A stretch of DNA of 64,000 nucleotides from Verrucomicrobiota bacterium (GCA_047947115.1 CP170459.1:1824001-1888000); one strand, 5' to 3'; shown: positions 30,056-41,027, numbered from the stretch's first letter. Numbers and translations: made by a program. The notes: generated by a model from the sequence alone, not told the origin.

Positions 30056-31417
30056 ATGAAAAACGTATGGCTTTTATTTTGTGTCGTTGCCACTTTCTCT
30101 GTATCAGCAGGAACAATCAGGGTGATCGAAGATTTCGAATACGCTAGTGAGGGCGATTTGCTTCTCCATTACGAACCCAGCACAGGAGCGGTGCCTTCTT
30201 TATCGACAGATGTCGCCGACGGTTCGGGAGGGGAAACGAGCATGAAAATTGACTTGAGCTTTCCTTCGGGTGCCTGGGTGACGCAGACTGTAACCGGTCC
30301 CTTGTTGGATGAGGTTTTTTCGATCGAACCCGAGCAGTATATCAGTTTTCGTCTGAAGGGGGATCCTGCTTTTGAATCTGCTGACTTCAGGAATATTTAT
30401 CTTTATGTCTACGATGACTGGGGTGACTTCGCGCGTTGGGGCGCTGAGGTTCCCATTACCGATGGCTGGCAGGTGATCAATTTCGGTGGTGGGGATTATC
30501 AATTTCCATGGAATGCCTCCGGTGAAATCGACATGACCTTTCTCTCGAAAATCGCCATTTTTCAATATGGCAGTCAGGCCGCCATCGATCCTTATGAAGC
30601 AACTATCTATATCGATGATATTGAAATTCGAGACGAACCTCTTATTGATTTTGCGGCTCCTTCCGCGTCACGATCGGTGATCGATGACTTCGAAGGGTAT
30701 GCGACGAGTGAGGCGTTGCGTGAGTATTACACCTATGAAAACAGCTGGCATCCCGCGACTACTGTTGCTTCCATTGAATCCCCAGCGCCAGAAGGAGAAA
30801 ATTGCCTGAGGCTTGATATCGATTTTCCTGAGGGACAATATCCCTGGGGAAGCGTTCGCTCACCCATCCTTGAACCGTTTTCTTTGCCGGATGACGGAGT
30901 GATTACACTAAAAATGAAAGGGGATGCCGGCCTTTCAAAAGTGGCAGACGGAGGCACGAATTTCTGGCTTTCATTCTACGATGCCGCAGGTAATCGCATG
31001 AACTACATCACGGACATTGCTCCCGTGATTTCGAGTGAATGGACCACTCTTACCATCGCCATGGAGGATTTCGGAGATACGAGCACGATCGACACCGGAA
31101 ACCTCGTGCAATGGCGGATCCTGGTTGAAGGATGGGCGGAGCCCAATCCGGCCTTGTCCGGAACGTTTTTTGTCGATGATATCCGGGTTTCAACACAACC
31201 CGAGCTGCGACCGGTATTGGAAGCTACCCGTGAAGGACAGCAGGTTCGAATCCGGATGAGTCAACTGACTCCTGGTAGCGAATATGAACTGGCCAAGTCG
31301 GAAAACCTCACAGATTGGGCTATTGTTATGACCATCGCTGCCGATGCGGACACAGCCGATCATCTTGTCGATGCCGACCAGAAAATGGCCTGCTATCAGT
31401 TGATCGAAAAACCCTGA
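30056..31417 (+). CDS. Secreted protein with two tandem carbohydrate-binding-like (CBM11/CIA30-like) domains
   Basis: Signal peptide MKNVWLLF; internal repeat I(E/D)DFE.Y...(L/M)KGD...W..(I/L)...(I/V)DDI; short C-terminal domain with SENLTDW. Confidence 0.6.
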   Translation: MKNVWLLFCVVATFSVSAGTIRVIEDFEYASEGDLLLHYEPSTGAVPSLSTDVADGSGGETSMKIDLSFPSGAWVTQTVTGPLLDEVFSIEPEQYISFRLKGDPAFESADFRNIYLYVYDDWGDFARWGAEVPITDGWQVINFGGGDYQFPWNASGEIDMTFLSKIAIFQYGSQAAIDPYEATIYIDDIEIRDEPLIDFAAPSASRSVIDDFEGYATSEALREYYTYENSWHPATTVASIESPAPEGENCLRLDIDFPEGQYPWGSVRSPILEPFSLPDDGVITLKMKGDAGLSKVADGGTNFWLSFYDAAGNRMNYITDIAPVISSEWTTLTIAMEDFGDTSTIDTGNLVQWRILVEGWAEPNPALSGTFFVDDIRVSTQPELRPVLEATREGQQVRIRMSQLTPGSEYELAKSENLTDWAIVMTIAADADTADHLVDADQKMACYQLIEKP

Positions 31418-31463
31418 CCGTACCAACGCTGCAGGGTGAAATGGCAATGATACTTGGTTTAAC

Positions 31464-31967
31464 ATGAAAGGGTGTTTCAAAGGCTGCGCAGCCATCGCGC
31501 TGATGATGATCTTCCTCTCGGTGGTGGCGGGCTATTTCCTCTGGCTGGCAAAACCCAAAATCATACAAGCTGTCCGAACCGTTTTTGACATGCCGGAACA
31601 CGGCAAGAGGGAATACATCGATCAACACTATGGAGAGTTTATTGATGCCTTCATTGAAATCGAAGCCAACGCGGATTCGGTCGAAGAAATCGTCGAGTCC
31701 GTTGAAAAAATGGATGTTTCGGATCAAATCGGGTTCTTCAAAATCAATGCAGAAGGCAAGGAATGGGCACCTGTCAATCAGTCGGGATGGTCGGGGGTGT
31801 CATCCACCGTCATCAATGGATACAGAGCCGGGCACCTTACGATCGACGGAGAAAGCCAACCCATTTCCATTTATAAGCGAGACAGAGGCTGGTCTCACAT
31901 AGAAGAGGTAATCATTTATTTTGTGCACCCGCCTTCGGTCTCTACGGATCAAAAGTTTGTAGAATGA
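31464..31967 (+). CDS. Hypothetical membrane-anchored protein
   Basis: GCFKGC-type N-terminal TM, 167 aa, same strand as neighbours. Confidence 0.6.
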   Translation: MKGCFKGCAAIALMMIFLSVVAGYFLWLAKPKIIQAVRTVFDMPEHGKREYIDQHYGEFIDAFIEIEANADSVEEIVESVEKMDVSDQIGFFKINAEGKEWAPVNQSGWSGVSSTVINGYRAGHLTIDGESQPISIYKRDRGWSHIEEVIIYFVHPPSVSTDQKFVE

Positions 31968-32062
31968 CATCCGCGTATGTTTCAGTCCGAAGCGATATGG
32001 ATGTTTAAGAAGACCATGTCTGTCCTGGTTTCCCCCGCAGATATGATCAAATGGAATAAAAT

Positions 32063-33556
32063 ATGAATGAATCTGAATCAAATCAAACATGGCTCGGACA
32101 CCCTTTGAGCCTTTCCACTTTGTTTTTTACCGAGCTTTGGGAGCGGTTCAGTTATTACGGGATGCGGGCGCTACTCGTGCTCTTCATGGTGGATAAGATT
32201 CAGAATGGCGGCATGTCACTATATGATGAGATGGCTACCGCGATTTATGGCCTTTATACCGCATTTGTGTATCTTGCCTGTTTGCCGGGTGGATGGATGG
32301 CAGATCGATTGTTGGGAGCCCGGAAGGCGGTTTGGGTAGGCGGCTTAGTGATTGCGGCAGGACATTTTACCCTGGCCATTCCAAATCAAACGGCGTTCTT
32401 CAGCGGTTTGATCCTGGTGGTTCTCGGCACCGGGTTGTTGAAACCAAATGTCAGCGCCATGGTGGGACAACTCTACCCGGAGGGAGGAGCTCGACGGGAC
32501 GCTGGCTTCACTTTGTTTTATATGGGCATCAACATGGGAGCGTTCCTCGGCCCGCTTGTCTGCAGCTATTTGGGAGAAAATGTGAATTGGCACATGGGCT
32601 TTGCGGCCGCGGGTGTGGGGATGATTTTTGGCGTTATCCAATTTTGGCGGACGGGGCATCGGTTGGGAGATGCCGGGTTGATCGTCAAACGATCAGGTGA
32701 TTCCAACATTTCCGGTTCCAGGTTCGATCGGGCCTGGTTCCCGGTGGTAGGGTTTTTGGCTGCGCTGGTTCTATTGATCGTCCTGATTGTTTCGGGTGCT
32801 TTGCAGGTGAATGCTTTGTCCCTGGCTCAGCACACTACCTATGTCATTGTTGGTTTGGCTGTCGCCTTCTTTGTCTATTTATTTGTCTTTGGCAAACTGA
32901 ATCCGGCCGAGTTCAAGCAAACTCTGGTCATCGTCGTTTTGTTCATTTCCTCAGCTGTTTTTTGGTCAGGCTTTGAGCAGGCAGGTTCGTCGTTGAATCT
33001 GTTTGCCGAACGTTACACGGACCGTCTGTTTTTTGGTTTTGAAATACCGGCTGGATGGTTTCAATCCTTGGGCCCGCTGTTCATCGTTACTTTGGCTCCC
33101 GTTTTTGCTTCGTTATGGGTGCGCTTGGCAACGAGACAATTGGATCCTTCCATGCCTGCTAAATTTGCGCTCGGTCTCCTGCTTCTCGGTCTAGGTTTTC
33201 TGGTGATGGTTGGTGCGGCAAATTTCGTCGTGACCGGACAAAAAGCCGCGCCTTATTGGTTGGTTCTCACTTACCTGATTCACACCATGGGAGAACTCTG
33301 TGTGAGTCCCGTCGGCTTAAGTTCGGTTACCAAACTGGCGCCCAAGCGTTTCATGGGCCAAATGATGGGAATCTGGTTTCTGGCAACCTCATTGGGAAAT
33401 CTGATCGCAGGGCTGATGGCCGGACGTTTCGATCCTGAATCCCTCAACGAAATGCCGGACATATTCCTGCAAATTGTCCTGACAACATTAGGGGCGTCGG
33501 TGATTCTGTTCGTGTGCAATCGACCCATTAAAAAACTGATGGCCCATGAGGGTTGA
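32063..33556 (+). CDS. Proton-dependent oligopeptide transporter (POT/PTR family)
   Basis: ELWERFSYYGMR (ExxERFxYY), GLLKPN, FYMGINMG, GELCVSPVGLS. Confidence 0.95.
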   Translation: MNESESNQTWLGHPLSLSTLFFTELWERFSYYGMRALLVLFMVDKIQNGGMSLYDEMATAIYGLYTAFVYLACLPGGWMADRLLGARKAVWVGGLVIAAGHFTLAIPNQTAFFSGLILVVLGTGLLKPNVSAMVGQLYPEGGARRDAGFTLFYMGINMGAFLGPLVCSYLGENVNWHMGFAAAGVGMIFGVIQFWRTGHRLGDAGLIVKRSGDSNISGSRFDRAWFPVVGFLAALVLLIVLIVSGALQVNALSLAQHTTYVIVGLAVAFFVYLFVFGKLNPAEFKQTLVIVVLFISSAVFWSGFEQAGSSLNLFAERYTDRLFFGFEIPAGWFQSLGPLFIVTLAPVFASLWVRLATRQLDPSMPAKFALGLLLLGLGFLVMVGAANFVVTGQKAAPYWLVLTYLIHTMGELCVSPVGLSSVTKLAPKRFMGQMMGIWFLATSLGNLIAGLMAGRFDPESLNEMPDIFLQIVLTTLGASVILFVCNRPIKKLMAHEG

Positions 33557-33673
33557 ATCGTATGTCGACCCACAATATCTCCGTACCAAGTGTATTGATT
33601 TCAGGTATCTATTCGTGTCAATTTGGAACACCTGCGGATAAACTTTTTGGTTCTTCCGTGTTGGGTGAATGTT

Positions 33674-34939
33674 ATGCGTAACTCAAAATTAAAGAACACC
33701 ACGCGGCGAGATTTCTTGCTCCAATGCGCCACCGCCGTTTCTTCCACTGTCGCTTTGGGGGGATGTCATGGTATGGGGCGAACGGCGCATGTGACCGCCC
33801 ATTCCACAAAGTTATTGTTCACTTCACAAGGTCGTACCGGGATGATCCGGTCCGATGGGTCCGGCCTGCATTATTTCGACTTTAAAGTTCCGGATCAGGT
33901 GACTTGGCAGCCGGGGCCCGTGATTTCGGGTGGTCGTCGAATGATTTTTCTGAGCATGGAGGCACGTCGTGACGGACCGGGACGTCCTTTTGATCAATAC
34001 TATCACCACACTCCGACACACATCTGGCTTTATGATTTCGAGACCGATGACCTGACGGAAATTTGCACGCGTAATCGGTTGAGTGTCTTTTACACCCCAG
34101 CGCTGGTGTTATCTGACGAGCGGTTGTTGGTGCAAGTGGTCAGGGATTCGGGGGGGCAGATTTTCAGCATGAACTATGATGGTTCGGATGAGCGTGAATT
34201 CACCCGGCTCGGTGAAGGTTTGCCCTACGGTCTCAGTCTGCATCCGGATGGTCAAAGGGTAGCCTATCATTTGGCAAGTCCAAAGGGATATCAGATCTGG
34301 ACCAGCGATATTGATGGTGTTAATCGGGTGCAAGTCGCCGCTCATCCAGATTACCTTTACTTCGGTCCTACCTGGTCTCCTGATGGTTCGTGGTTGGTTT
34401 TTCAGGCTTGTCGGTTCAAGGATGACCCGGGGCACGACTGGAGCGATGTGTGTGTGGCTCGGACGGATGGCAGCGAATTTCGTATGTTGACCAAAGGGCA
34501 GTCCATGTGGTTCGGGGCCACTTATGGCTCACCGGAAAATCGAGGAGGTGGTTCGAATCTTGCAGGATGGACCCGGGACGGAAAGATTCTATTTCCGCGC
34601 CGATTGCCTGACTCGAAAGTGCCCTGGGAGTACCAGTCCCAACGACCGGATGTAGATCATTTTAATCGTGACTTCCGACCCGATCTCGCCCGGGGAGGCA
34701 CCGAGATATGCCGCCTCGATCCCGCAACTGGTGCGACTGAATCGCTCACCCAAAGCCATCCTCCCGTCTGGGATTTCCGCGCCAGCGAGTCACCTGATGG
34801 AAAGCGGATCGTTTTCTGTCGAGCCGGGACAGGCGGAGTTCCGGCGCTTTTTAGCTCGGATGCTGACGGGAGTTCGCCCCTTTTGTTGACAGGCGGTTGG
34901 GAGGAACTTGGTGTCGATCATCCACGCTGGCTGATGTGA
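33674..34939 (+). CDS. Tat-exported TolB-like / PD40 beta-propeller protein
   Basis: TRRDFL signal; repeated SPDG..LVF / HPDG..VAY units, DGS..R.LT. Confidence 0.8.
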   Translation: MRNSKLKNTTRRDFLLQCATAVSSTVALGGCHGMGRTAHVTAHSTKLLFTSQGRTGMIRSDGSGLHYFDFKVPDQVTWQPGPVISGGRRMIFLSMEARRDGPGRPFDQYYHHTPTHIWLYDFETDDLTEICTRNRLSVFYTPALVLSDERLLVQVVRDSGGQIFSMNYDGSDEREFTRLGEGLPYGLSLHPDGQRVAYHLASPKGYQIWTSDIDGVNRVQVAAHPDYLYFGPTWSPDGSWLVFQACRFKDDPGHDWSDVCVARTDGSEFRMLTKGQSMWFGATYGSPENRGGGSNLAGWTRDGKILFPRRLPDSKVPWEYQSQRPDVDHFNRDFRPDLARGGTEICRLDPATGATESLTQSHPPVWDFRASESPDGKRIVFCRAGTGGVPALFSSDADGSSPLLLTGGWEELGVDHPRWLM

Positions 34940-35013
34940 GGTGCGGACTACACATCAAACTTCCTATCATTGCAGGTTTGAAAATATCTCAAATCAAATT
35001 TATCTTTAGTTCG

Positions 35014-36045
35014 ATGCTTAAACGAATCAACATTGAATGTTACCTCGCAGAAGTAGGCTTATTGCCTGTTGTGGATGTGCGTTCGCCGGCTGAATATGCA
35101 AAGGGGCATATCCCGAACGCCGTCAATATTCCAATATTCAGTGATGAAGAACGGGCGATGGTGGGAACTGCCTATAAGCAAGTGTCCAGGGAGCGGGCCA
35201 TCGAAATTGGGATGGAATTCGTTCAGCCCAAGCTTCAACGTTTTATTGATGATACACTTCGCATTGCTCCGAATAAAACGGTTGTCGTGCATTGCTGGCG
35301 AGGTGGCATGCGGAGTCAATCATTCGCGCAGCATCTGTTGGACAATGGGTTCGAGCAGGTTTACGTCATTGAAAAAGGTTATAAAGCTTACCGGACTCAA
35401 GTCCTGAATGGATTCAATAACGATGCTCAGTTGGTTGTCATCGGGGGGTTCACTGGGAGCGCTAAAACTGACTTGCTCAAACACATCAAAAATTCAGGGG
35501 ATCAGCAGGTGATTGATTTGGAATGTCTGGCCAATCACAGGGGGTCCGCCTTTGGGGGGATTGATCAAGGCCCTCAACCTACTACAGAGCAGTTTGAAAA
35601 CAACCTGTTCTGGGAATGGAAGGATTTGGACCTTGATCAACCAATATGGATTGAAGATGAAAGTCGAGCGATTGGTTCCGTTGTGATTCCGCAAGGTTTA
35701 TTTGAAAATATGAGAACATGTCGTTTGTATTTTCTGGACATACCTCTCCAAGAAAGGGCCAAGCATCTAGTAAAGGACTATGGTGGGGCCGATAAAGCGG
35801 CGTTGGAGGATTCAATTATTCGGATCTCATCTCGGTTGGGAGGTTTGACGACTCGTCGTGCATTAGATTATCTGGAGCAGGGAGATATGTATGAAGTGGC
35901 AAAAATCATGCTTGTCTATTACGATAAATATTACTCCAAAGGTGTTGCCAATCGAGATCCTGAAAGGGTGACAACCATCCCCTTGAAAACAGCCAACCCC
36001 ATGCAAAATGCCGCTGAAGTCAAGAAATGGCTCAATGGGTTTTGA
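35014..36045 (+). CDS. mnmH: tRNA 2-selenouridine synthase
   Basis: Rhodanese DVRSPAEY..GHIP, HCWRGGMRS; P-loop GFTGSAKT; DLE.LANHRGSAFG; EDESRAIG; YYDKYY. Confidence 0.93.
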   Translation: MLKRINIECYLAEVGLLPVVDVRSPAEYAKGHIPNAVNIPIFSDEERAMVGTAYKQVSRERAIEIGMEFVQPKLQRFIDDTLRIAPNKTVVVHCWRGGMRSQSFAQHLLDNGFEQVYVIEKGYKAYRTQVLNGFNNDAQLVVIGGFTGSAKTDLLKHIKNSGDQQVIDLECLANHRGSAFGGIDQGPQPTTEQFENNLFWEWKDLDLDQPIWIEDESRAIGSVVIPQGLFENMRTCRLYFLDIPLQERAKHLVKDYGGADKAALEDSIIRISSRLGGLTTRRALDYLEQGDMYEVAKIMLVYYDKYYSKGVANRDPERVTTIPLKTANPMQNAAEVKKWLNGF

Positions 36046-36169
36046 TCAAATATTGGCGACGCCAACAACACGGTCACGGAATATCGCAGCGTCAGGTATG
36101 GAATGCTGCAGAATCCCCGTTGGTAACAAATCATGACTCCCTGGCAGCCAATCAAAGGATTCTTTAACC

Positions 36170-36271
36170 TTTGCCAAATGCAATTTCAGAAAAGCTTCTG
36201 CGTCACTGCGTCTGGCGCACCGGCCTTGAGAACGAGAAGCATCAGCGAGCCCTTATTCGTCAGTACTTTTG
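36170..36271. repeat. ~100-bp dispersed repeat, copy 1
   Basis: TTTGCCAAA..AATTTCAGAAAA..TCTGCGT.ACTGC...AGAAGCATCAGCGAGCCCTTAT...TACTTTTG shared with 50742-50845. Confidence 0.7.
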
Positions 36272-36499
36272 CCAATCAGTATAACAAGCAAATGGTTCGC
36301 CTTTCAAAGTCGTTATCCGAGTCACCTTGAGCATGGACTCTTCAATGTTCCCGAAAAATTCTGCCGGCACCTTGGCAAGGTCTCCTGCATTGGTTTGCTG
36401 TTGTCGCCCAAACGCTCCTACCGGGTCACCAAGTAACCGGTAATGCGTGGTGCCAATGTGAGCGTTGGCCCACTTGATAATTCATCCGTGGCGTGACCG

Positions 36500-37830
36500 T
36501 TCAGGTTGAGTGGTGTGAAGTTGGCTTCTTGTTGGAACCGGACAAATCCTTCTAACCCGCGAACACATCAAGAATCACGTCCAATATTGATGATTCGATG
36601 TAATCCACTTTCCGGGGTTCAGTTTTGAATTGAGTGGTTTTTCCTCGTTTATGATCTGTACTATCATGCGTTTGCTGTCGGAGATTGGGCGGTTATCCAG
36701 GGAAACGAGAACAACATGAGCGAGATTCATGGGGGAAACAATGCTGATATCGCGCAGTGCAATCGATTGACCAGAAGCCAGGTTCCCGGAAACGCCTTGG
36801 ACCTTGTCGGCGTTGATCAATAGAAGACCGTTCTAATAATCGAGATCCAATTGAGGGTGGCTCGAGGTAACCGTTTTCCGAGGTCGCTGGTGTACTCCTG
36901 GAAATTCTCAAGATGCACTTCACCGGCCTTGTCATTGAACTCGACTTTTGTGCGCCCGACAAAATGAATCAGCGGATCAATCACCGTATCCGACGGAAGA
37001 GGGGAGGCATCCGGGACGTCCAGAAGGCGGAGCACGTCGAAAGAACCGTCTTGAGGTAGTGGGGTTCCTTCAAGCGAAAACAAATCATCACGCGACAAGT
37101 GAAGCTCTGCCATCACCTTGCCTGGATCGATCAGACCCTTCCGATAAATCAGGGCGGCAGCCGAAAACTCTCCTGCCATGGTGGGTGCCATGAGGGTCCA
37201 GTGTTGTATCCAAAAACCTGGCTTTACAGACCGCCTCGAACCGTCAAAAGCGAAATGGACGATGGCGTTTGTCAGGGATCCATATCGTTCGATGAGCGAT
37301 CTGGCAAATTGTCCTTCCAGCACGGCCAGCTGTGGTTCCGGAATATTTTCTTCGGGAAATGTCCAGAAAAAGAACGAATCCTTATTTTGAATTACAGCGC
37401 CAAAGAGTGCTGGTTCATCAACGAGTCGTCTGCCAGTCTCAGGACTCGGGGTTTGAAGGAGCACGCGCCACCATTCCCGGTATTTTTCCTGAAAGGCCTC
37501 ATTGAGCATCAAAGCGGCAAATGGATGTTTGTCTCCGTTGTAACCTTTCAACCAGTCCTATGAATGTGGTTTCCATGTCATCTGTGGCATCATCCTGACT
37601 TTTACGAATGTTTCCAAAAATTTCTTTCAGACCATGCTCCATTGTAAAACTTGGATCGGTGATGCCTGTTTTCGATCTCAAGGGTGAATCCAGGCCATTT
37701 TCGAAGCCATTCTCGGGGAGATATGGGGCTTTAAGCATCACGGCCGCCATCACTACTTGTCCGGGAGAGTCGGGGTGTAGTGAATCCTGATACTGGGTCT
37801 TTCGTAGCAAGGACTGAGGATTCCGCAAAA
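36500..37830 (-). pseudogene. Fragmented gene(s): glycoside-hydrolase-like protein remnant plus a short SGNH-like DxxHP fragment
   Basis: Consecutive protein-like pieces in different frames (37499-37828, 36817-37551, 36575-36820), separated by frameshifts. Confidence 0.55.
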
Positions 37831-37942
37831 GGACAACAGTTGGTGAAAGGATCTCATGACACGACCTTCGCCTGGTGGGTCTGACTTGTTGATTTCGAAC
37901 GGAGGCACTCTTGAATGTGCAAGCATCAGGATGCGGGGTAAC

Positions 37943-38332
37943 TCAATCCCTTGAGTCCATGCTGCGATTGAAGGCCTTGCGTAACCGCTCAACCCGGCGT
38001 CGGTTCGTTCCCAAATCCCAATAGCCTACTCTTGAGGCTGATCGAATGTGTATCAACTGATGGGATGAATCCAATCGGCTTTGGAAGTCATCCTCAAATT
38101 TAAGGAGCGGAGTTCGAAACGTAGCTCGCAAAGAGGCATCGTTGCTTTCGATGATCGTCCCCGTTTTTTCTTCCTTGATGATGTTCAGCCACTTTGCCCA
38201 GGCAACTTTTGCGGATCCTGTAAAACGAATGGGAGAAATCCAATGACCGTTCTGTTGCCCATCACTGCATACGCAGTTGGGTGAATTGGGGCAGGGCGGC
38301 AGCTCATTGAGACTATTGGATGTTTGATTCAT
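37943..38332 (-). CDS. DUF1499 family protein
   Basis: LPPCPNSPNCVCS, F.DD, IHIRSASRVGYWDLGTNRRRVE. Confidence 0.88.
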   Translation of the reverse strand: MNQTSNSLNELPPCPNSPNCVCSDGQQNGHWISPIRFTGSAKVAWAKWLNIIKEEKTGTIIESNDASLRATFRTPLLKFEDDFQSRLDSSHQLIHIRSASRVGYWDLGTNRRRVERLRKAFNRSMDSRD

Positions 38333-38604
38333 TTTTTTTACCTTTGGATTGATTGATAAGTAACCAGAGCGGTTCCTACGCATGGAAACACGCAGTTCCG
38401 AGCAGGTCCCACGATGGGCTACCGTTTGGAATGAAATGAGATGCATGCAACCTAGCAAATCCCAACCATTCACTCTTGCCAAGTTCATTGCTTAGTCTTT
38501 AGCATTTGAGTTCAGCTTGAGGTTACGGGGTTTCGGCCCGCCTCGTTGTATTACAACAGATTGAAAACATTGTAAATTTATCAACTCAACTAAGATCATC
38601 GCCC

Positions 38605-39933
38605 ATGGCTGCTTCATCGTCAATTCTCCCGGATAAACTGCACGAGTACCCTCAACAAGATGTGATCGACGGATCCGGTGTAGGACCGGATTCGGTTCTC
38701 GATGATTGCATTAACAAAAGCGGTGGGGTATTGCAACTTCTGCACCGTTATGCGGGACGGACATTTTGTACGCCCGGTAAGCGTATTCGCCTTGATGCGG
38801 AGTCATACTATCCGGATTACATGGGCGGGACGGGGCTGGATGAGCTTTGGATGTGCTGCACTGTGCCCATCGTGACCGGAGTCATTGATACCCGCACGAA
38901 CAAGGCGCCGTTTCGCGAAGGGGAATCGCATGTCCTCACCCCGAATGGCCAGGTCATTTCGCTGCAGGATTTGATTGTCGCCAGCCCGGAAACGGTCATT
39001 GGAGAGAAAATGACGGCTTTTTCAAAATCGATGTTTGGTGATCCGACTTGGCCGATCGTGTCCAAGAAATTCGACAATCTGAATCCAATTCCGCATCATC
39101 TCCATTGGGCAAAGTGGGAAGTGTACGACATCAACTCATACGACAACCCCGGAGTCAGTCCGTCGCATTATCACACCACGGCCATGGGGTTGTACCCGTT
39201 TGTGACAAAGGATCAGTTTCTCGCCTGCATGAAGCGCTTCGGGCAGGGTGAGTATAACGGCGTTCGGCATTTGTCGCCGCATACGATGATGCACATTGAT
39301 AACGGCTTCGTGATGCCGAATGGCGTGCTGCATTCACCGACCGACCTTTGCACCCACGAACTGCACGTCACGATGGACGAGCACTTCCTGGCTGAAGATC
39401 TGACACTGGATGGACGTATCGGAGCAGCCGATGCGTTTTACGCCTGCCGGGAAGAAGACTATCCCAAGGCCAAGCACGAAGATTGGGAATTCCTGGTGGA
39501 TACCTTCGACTTCGAAGCGAATCAGGATCCTGACTTCGTGATGAAGAATTCACGTCCTGCCATCACTGCCCAGGAATTTACAGGCGATGGAGTGGACGCT
39601 AAGTGGATTGTATACGGTGATTTCCTTGGCGACCAGAAGTGTTCCATTCTTCGTCTCATCGTGGCGCCCGGAGCCAAGACGAATTTCTGTCCCGAAAGTC
39701 CCGCGCTGTTCCACACGAATGGCGGAAATGGCCGTGTCGGACAACTCGAGGTGCGCTATCACCAGAATATGAAACTCGGTGAAATCTATCCCGAGATTGG
39801 ATTCATCACACAGGCTGCACTTAACAACGGCGGCGTCGAAATCAAGAACACGGGAACCGAACCCCTCGTCCTGACCTTCGACTTCCCGCAGCAGGCGCAT
39901 TCTCAAACGCCCGGTGTTGTCGTTGCAAATTAG
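38605..39933 (+). CDS. Uncharacterised cupin protein, distantly like type I phosphomannose isomerase
   Basis: DELW near N-terminus, KKFD...IPHHLH..KWE, GVLHSP metal-ligand pattern; clean 442-aa frame. Confidence 0.6.
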   Translation: MAASSSILPDKLHEYPQQDVIDGSGVGPDSVLDDCINKSGGVLQLLHRYAGRTFCTPGKRIRLDAESYYPDYMGGTGLDELWMCCTVPIVTGVIDTRTNKAPFREGESHVLTPNGQVISLQDLIVASPETVIGEKMTAFSKSMFGDPTWPIVSKKFDNLNPIPHHLHWAKWEVYDINSYDNPGVSPSHYHTTAMGLYPFVTKDQFLACMKRFGQGEYNGVRHLSPHTMMHIDNGFVMPNGVLHSPTDLCTHELHVTMDEHFLAEDLTLDGRIGAADAFYACREEDYPKAKHEDWEFLVDTFDFEANQDPDFVMKNSRPAITAQEFTGDGVDAKWIVYGDFLGDQKCSILRLIVAPGAKTNFCPESPALFHTNGGNGRVGQLEVRYHQNMKLGEIYPEIGFITQAALNNGGVEIKNTGTEPLVLTFDFPQQAHSQTPGVVVAN

Positions 39934-40009
39934 GGCACTTCCCAGGGCGCTTCTGTTGAATCTTAGCCAGCCTACCGGGGCGTGTTTGACGTCAGTCAAA
40001 AGGTGTGGA

Positions 40010-40933
40010 TCATCTTTTTATTGGGCCGATATAGCGGTTTGCAATCACCAGGTTGTCGAAGTAGACGATGTTGGTTGGATTCTTTGTCCATCGATCGGTC
40101 ACGTAGCTTTCAAGTGTCAGTGCATTGGCACGGAGCTCCGATGAAGTGCGCCATTGAAAGCCCTTCCAATGGCCTCGCAACTCGCCATTGATCCAGAAAG
40201 CCTGTTCTCCATCCGCTTTGCCGGGTCTGTTGTGCTTCAGCATGAACTCGGCGCAGATCCATTCGCCCTTTGGGATGTTTGGTTGTGAGTCGGGACGGAA
40301 ACTGTTGCCCCAGAATTTTCCGTCTCCGCTCGCTTTCATTTCGTGCCAGTAACTGTAGAAGTTCCATCGTCCCGGAGCTTCCCATCTTCCCCAGTTACCC
40401 CAGGGCTCCAATGCGGTCGAAAATCGTTCGTTGCCTTCAGGCTTGAGTCCGGCGCCGCCAAATCCTGACCAACGGTCACTGCCCGTCAGTCCTTTGTTCG
40501 CTCGCAGAGTGACAAAATGGTGTATGTAATCACTGTCCTGGTCGAAACGTACGTAAAGCCTGATGAAAAGGGTGTCGGCCGATTCGAACCATTTGGTCAG
40601 GCCGCCTCCGGTGTTTTTTCCAAGCGTGGCCGTCACTTTCAGGCTTTGACCGATGCCATTGGTTTCGTCCGGGCCAACCAGTGAGAGCACCTTGCCATCG
40701 CTGTCCCGACTTTCATCCCAGTTCTTCTTGTATGGCTCCGATTCGAAGTCTTCAGAAAAGATTACCTCCGGCGCCTCGTTGATTCCTTTATCCCTGACGT
40801 AGTCAGAAGCCAGTCCGGCTCCCTCATGTAACTGAGAGTTCTCTATCGATATGATTTCCAGGGAAAAGACTGGGTTCGAAATCGAACTCACGGCGAGTGT
40901 CAAAGCTGATAAGAAAAGGGTGCGTATATCCAT
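40010..40933 (-). CDS. Secreted beta-sandwich protein (polysaccharide-lyase/lectin-like)
   Basis: Signal peptide; VIFSEDFE, LFIRLYVRF, GEWICAEFMLK.N.PG..DG...FWING, YFDNLVIA..YIGP. Confidence 0.6.
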   Translation of the reverse strand: MDIRTLFLSALTLAVSSISNPVFSLEIISIENSQLHEGAGLASDYVRDKGINEAPEVIFSEDFESEPYKKNWDESRDSDGKVLSLVGPDETNGIGQSLKVTATLGKNTGGGLTKWFESADTLFIRLYVRFDQDSDYIHHFVTLRANKGLTGSDRWSGFGGAGLKPEGNERFSTALEPWGNWGRWEAPGRWNFYSYWHEMKASGDGKFWGNSFRPDSQPNIPKGEWICAEFMLKHNRPGKADGEQAFWINGELRGHWKGFQWRTSSELRANALTLESYVTDRWTKNPTNIVYFDNLVIANRYIGPIKR

Positions 40934-41027
40934 GAGCGTTTTTGAAAATTTTGCGAGAACCTCCGGCCTCTGTGTTTTGATTGTAACTAAGAATTCAAAC
41001 TGTAATGACTGAAACGCGTGGAGGATC

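Noticed and set aside
27334..36045. Selenoprotein (UGA read-through) near mnmH, e.g. in the redoxin
   Set aside because: The redoxin motif is Cys-based (CLHC) and no in-frame UGA candidate was seen
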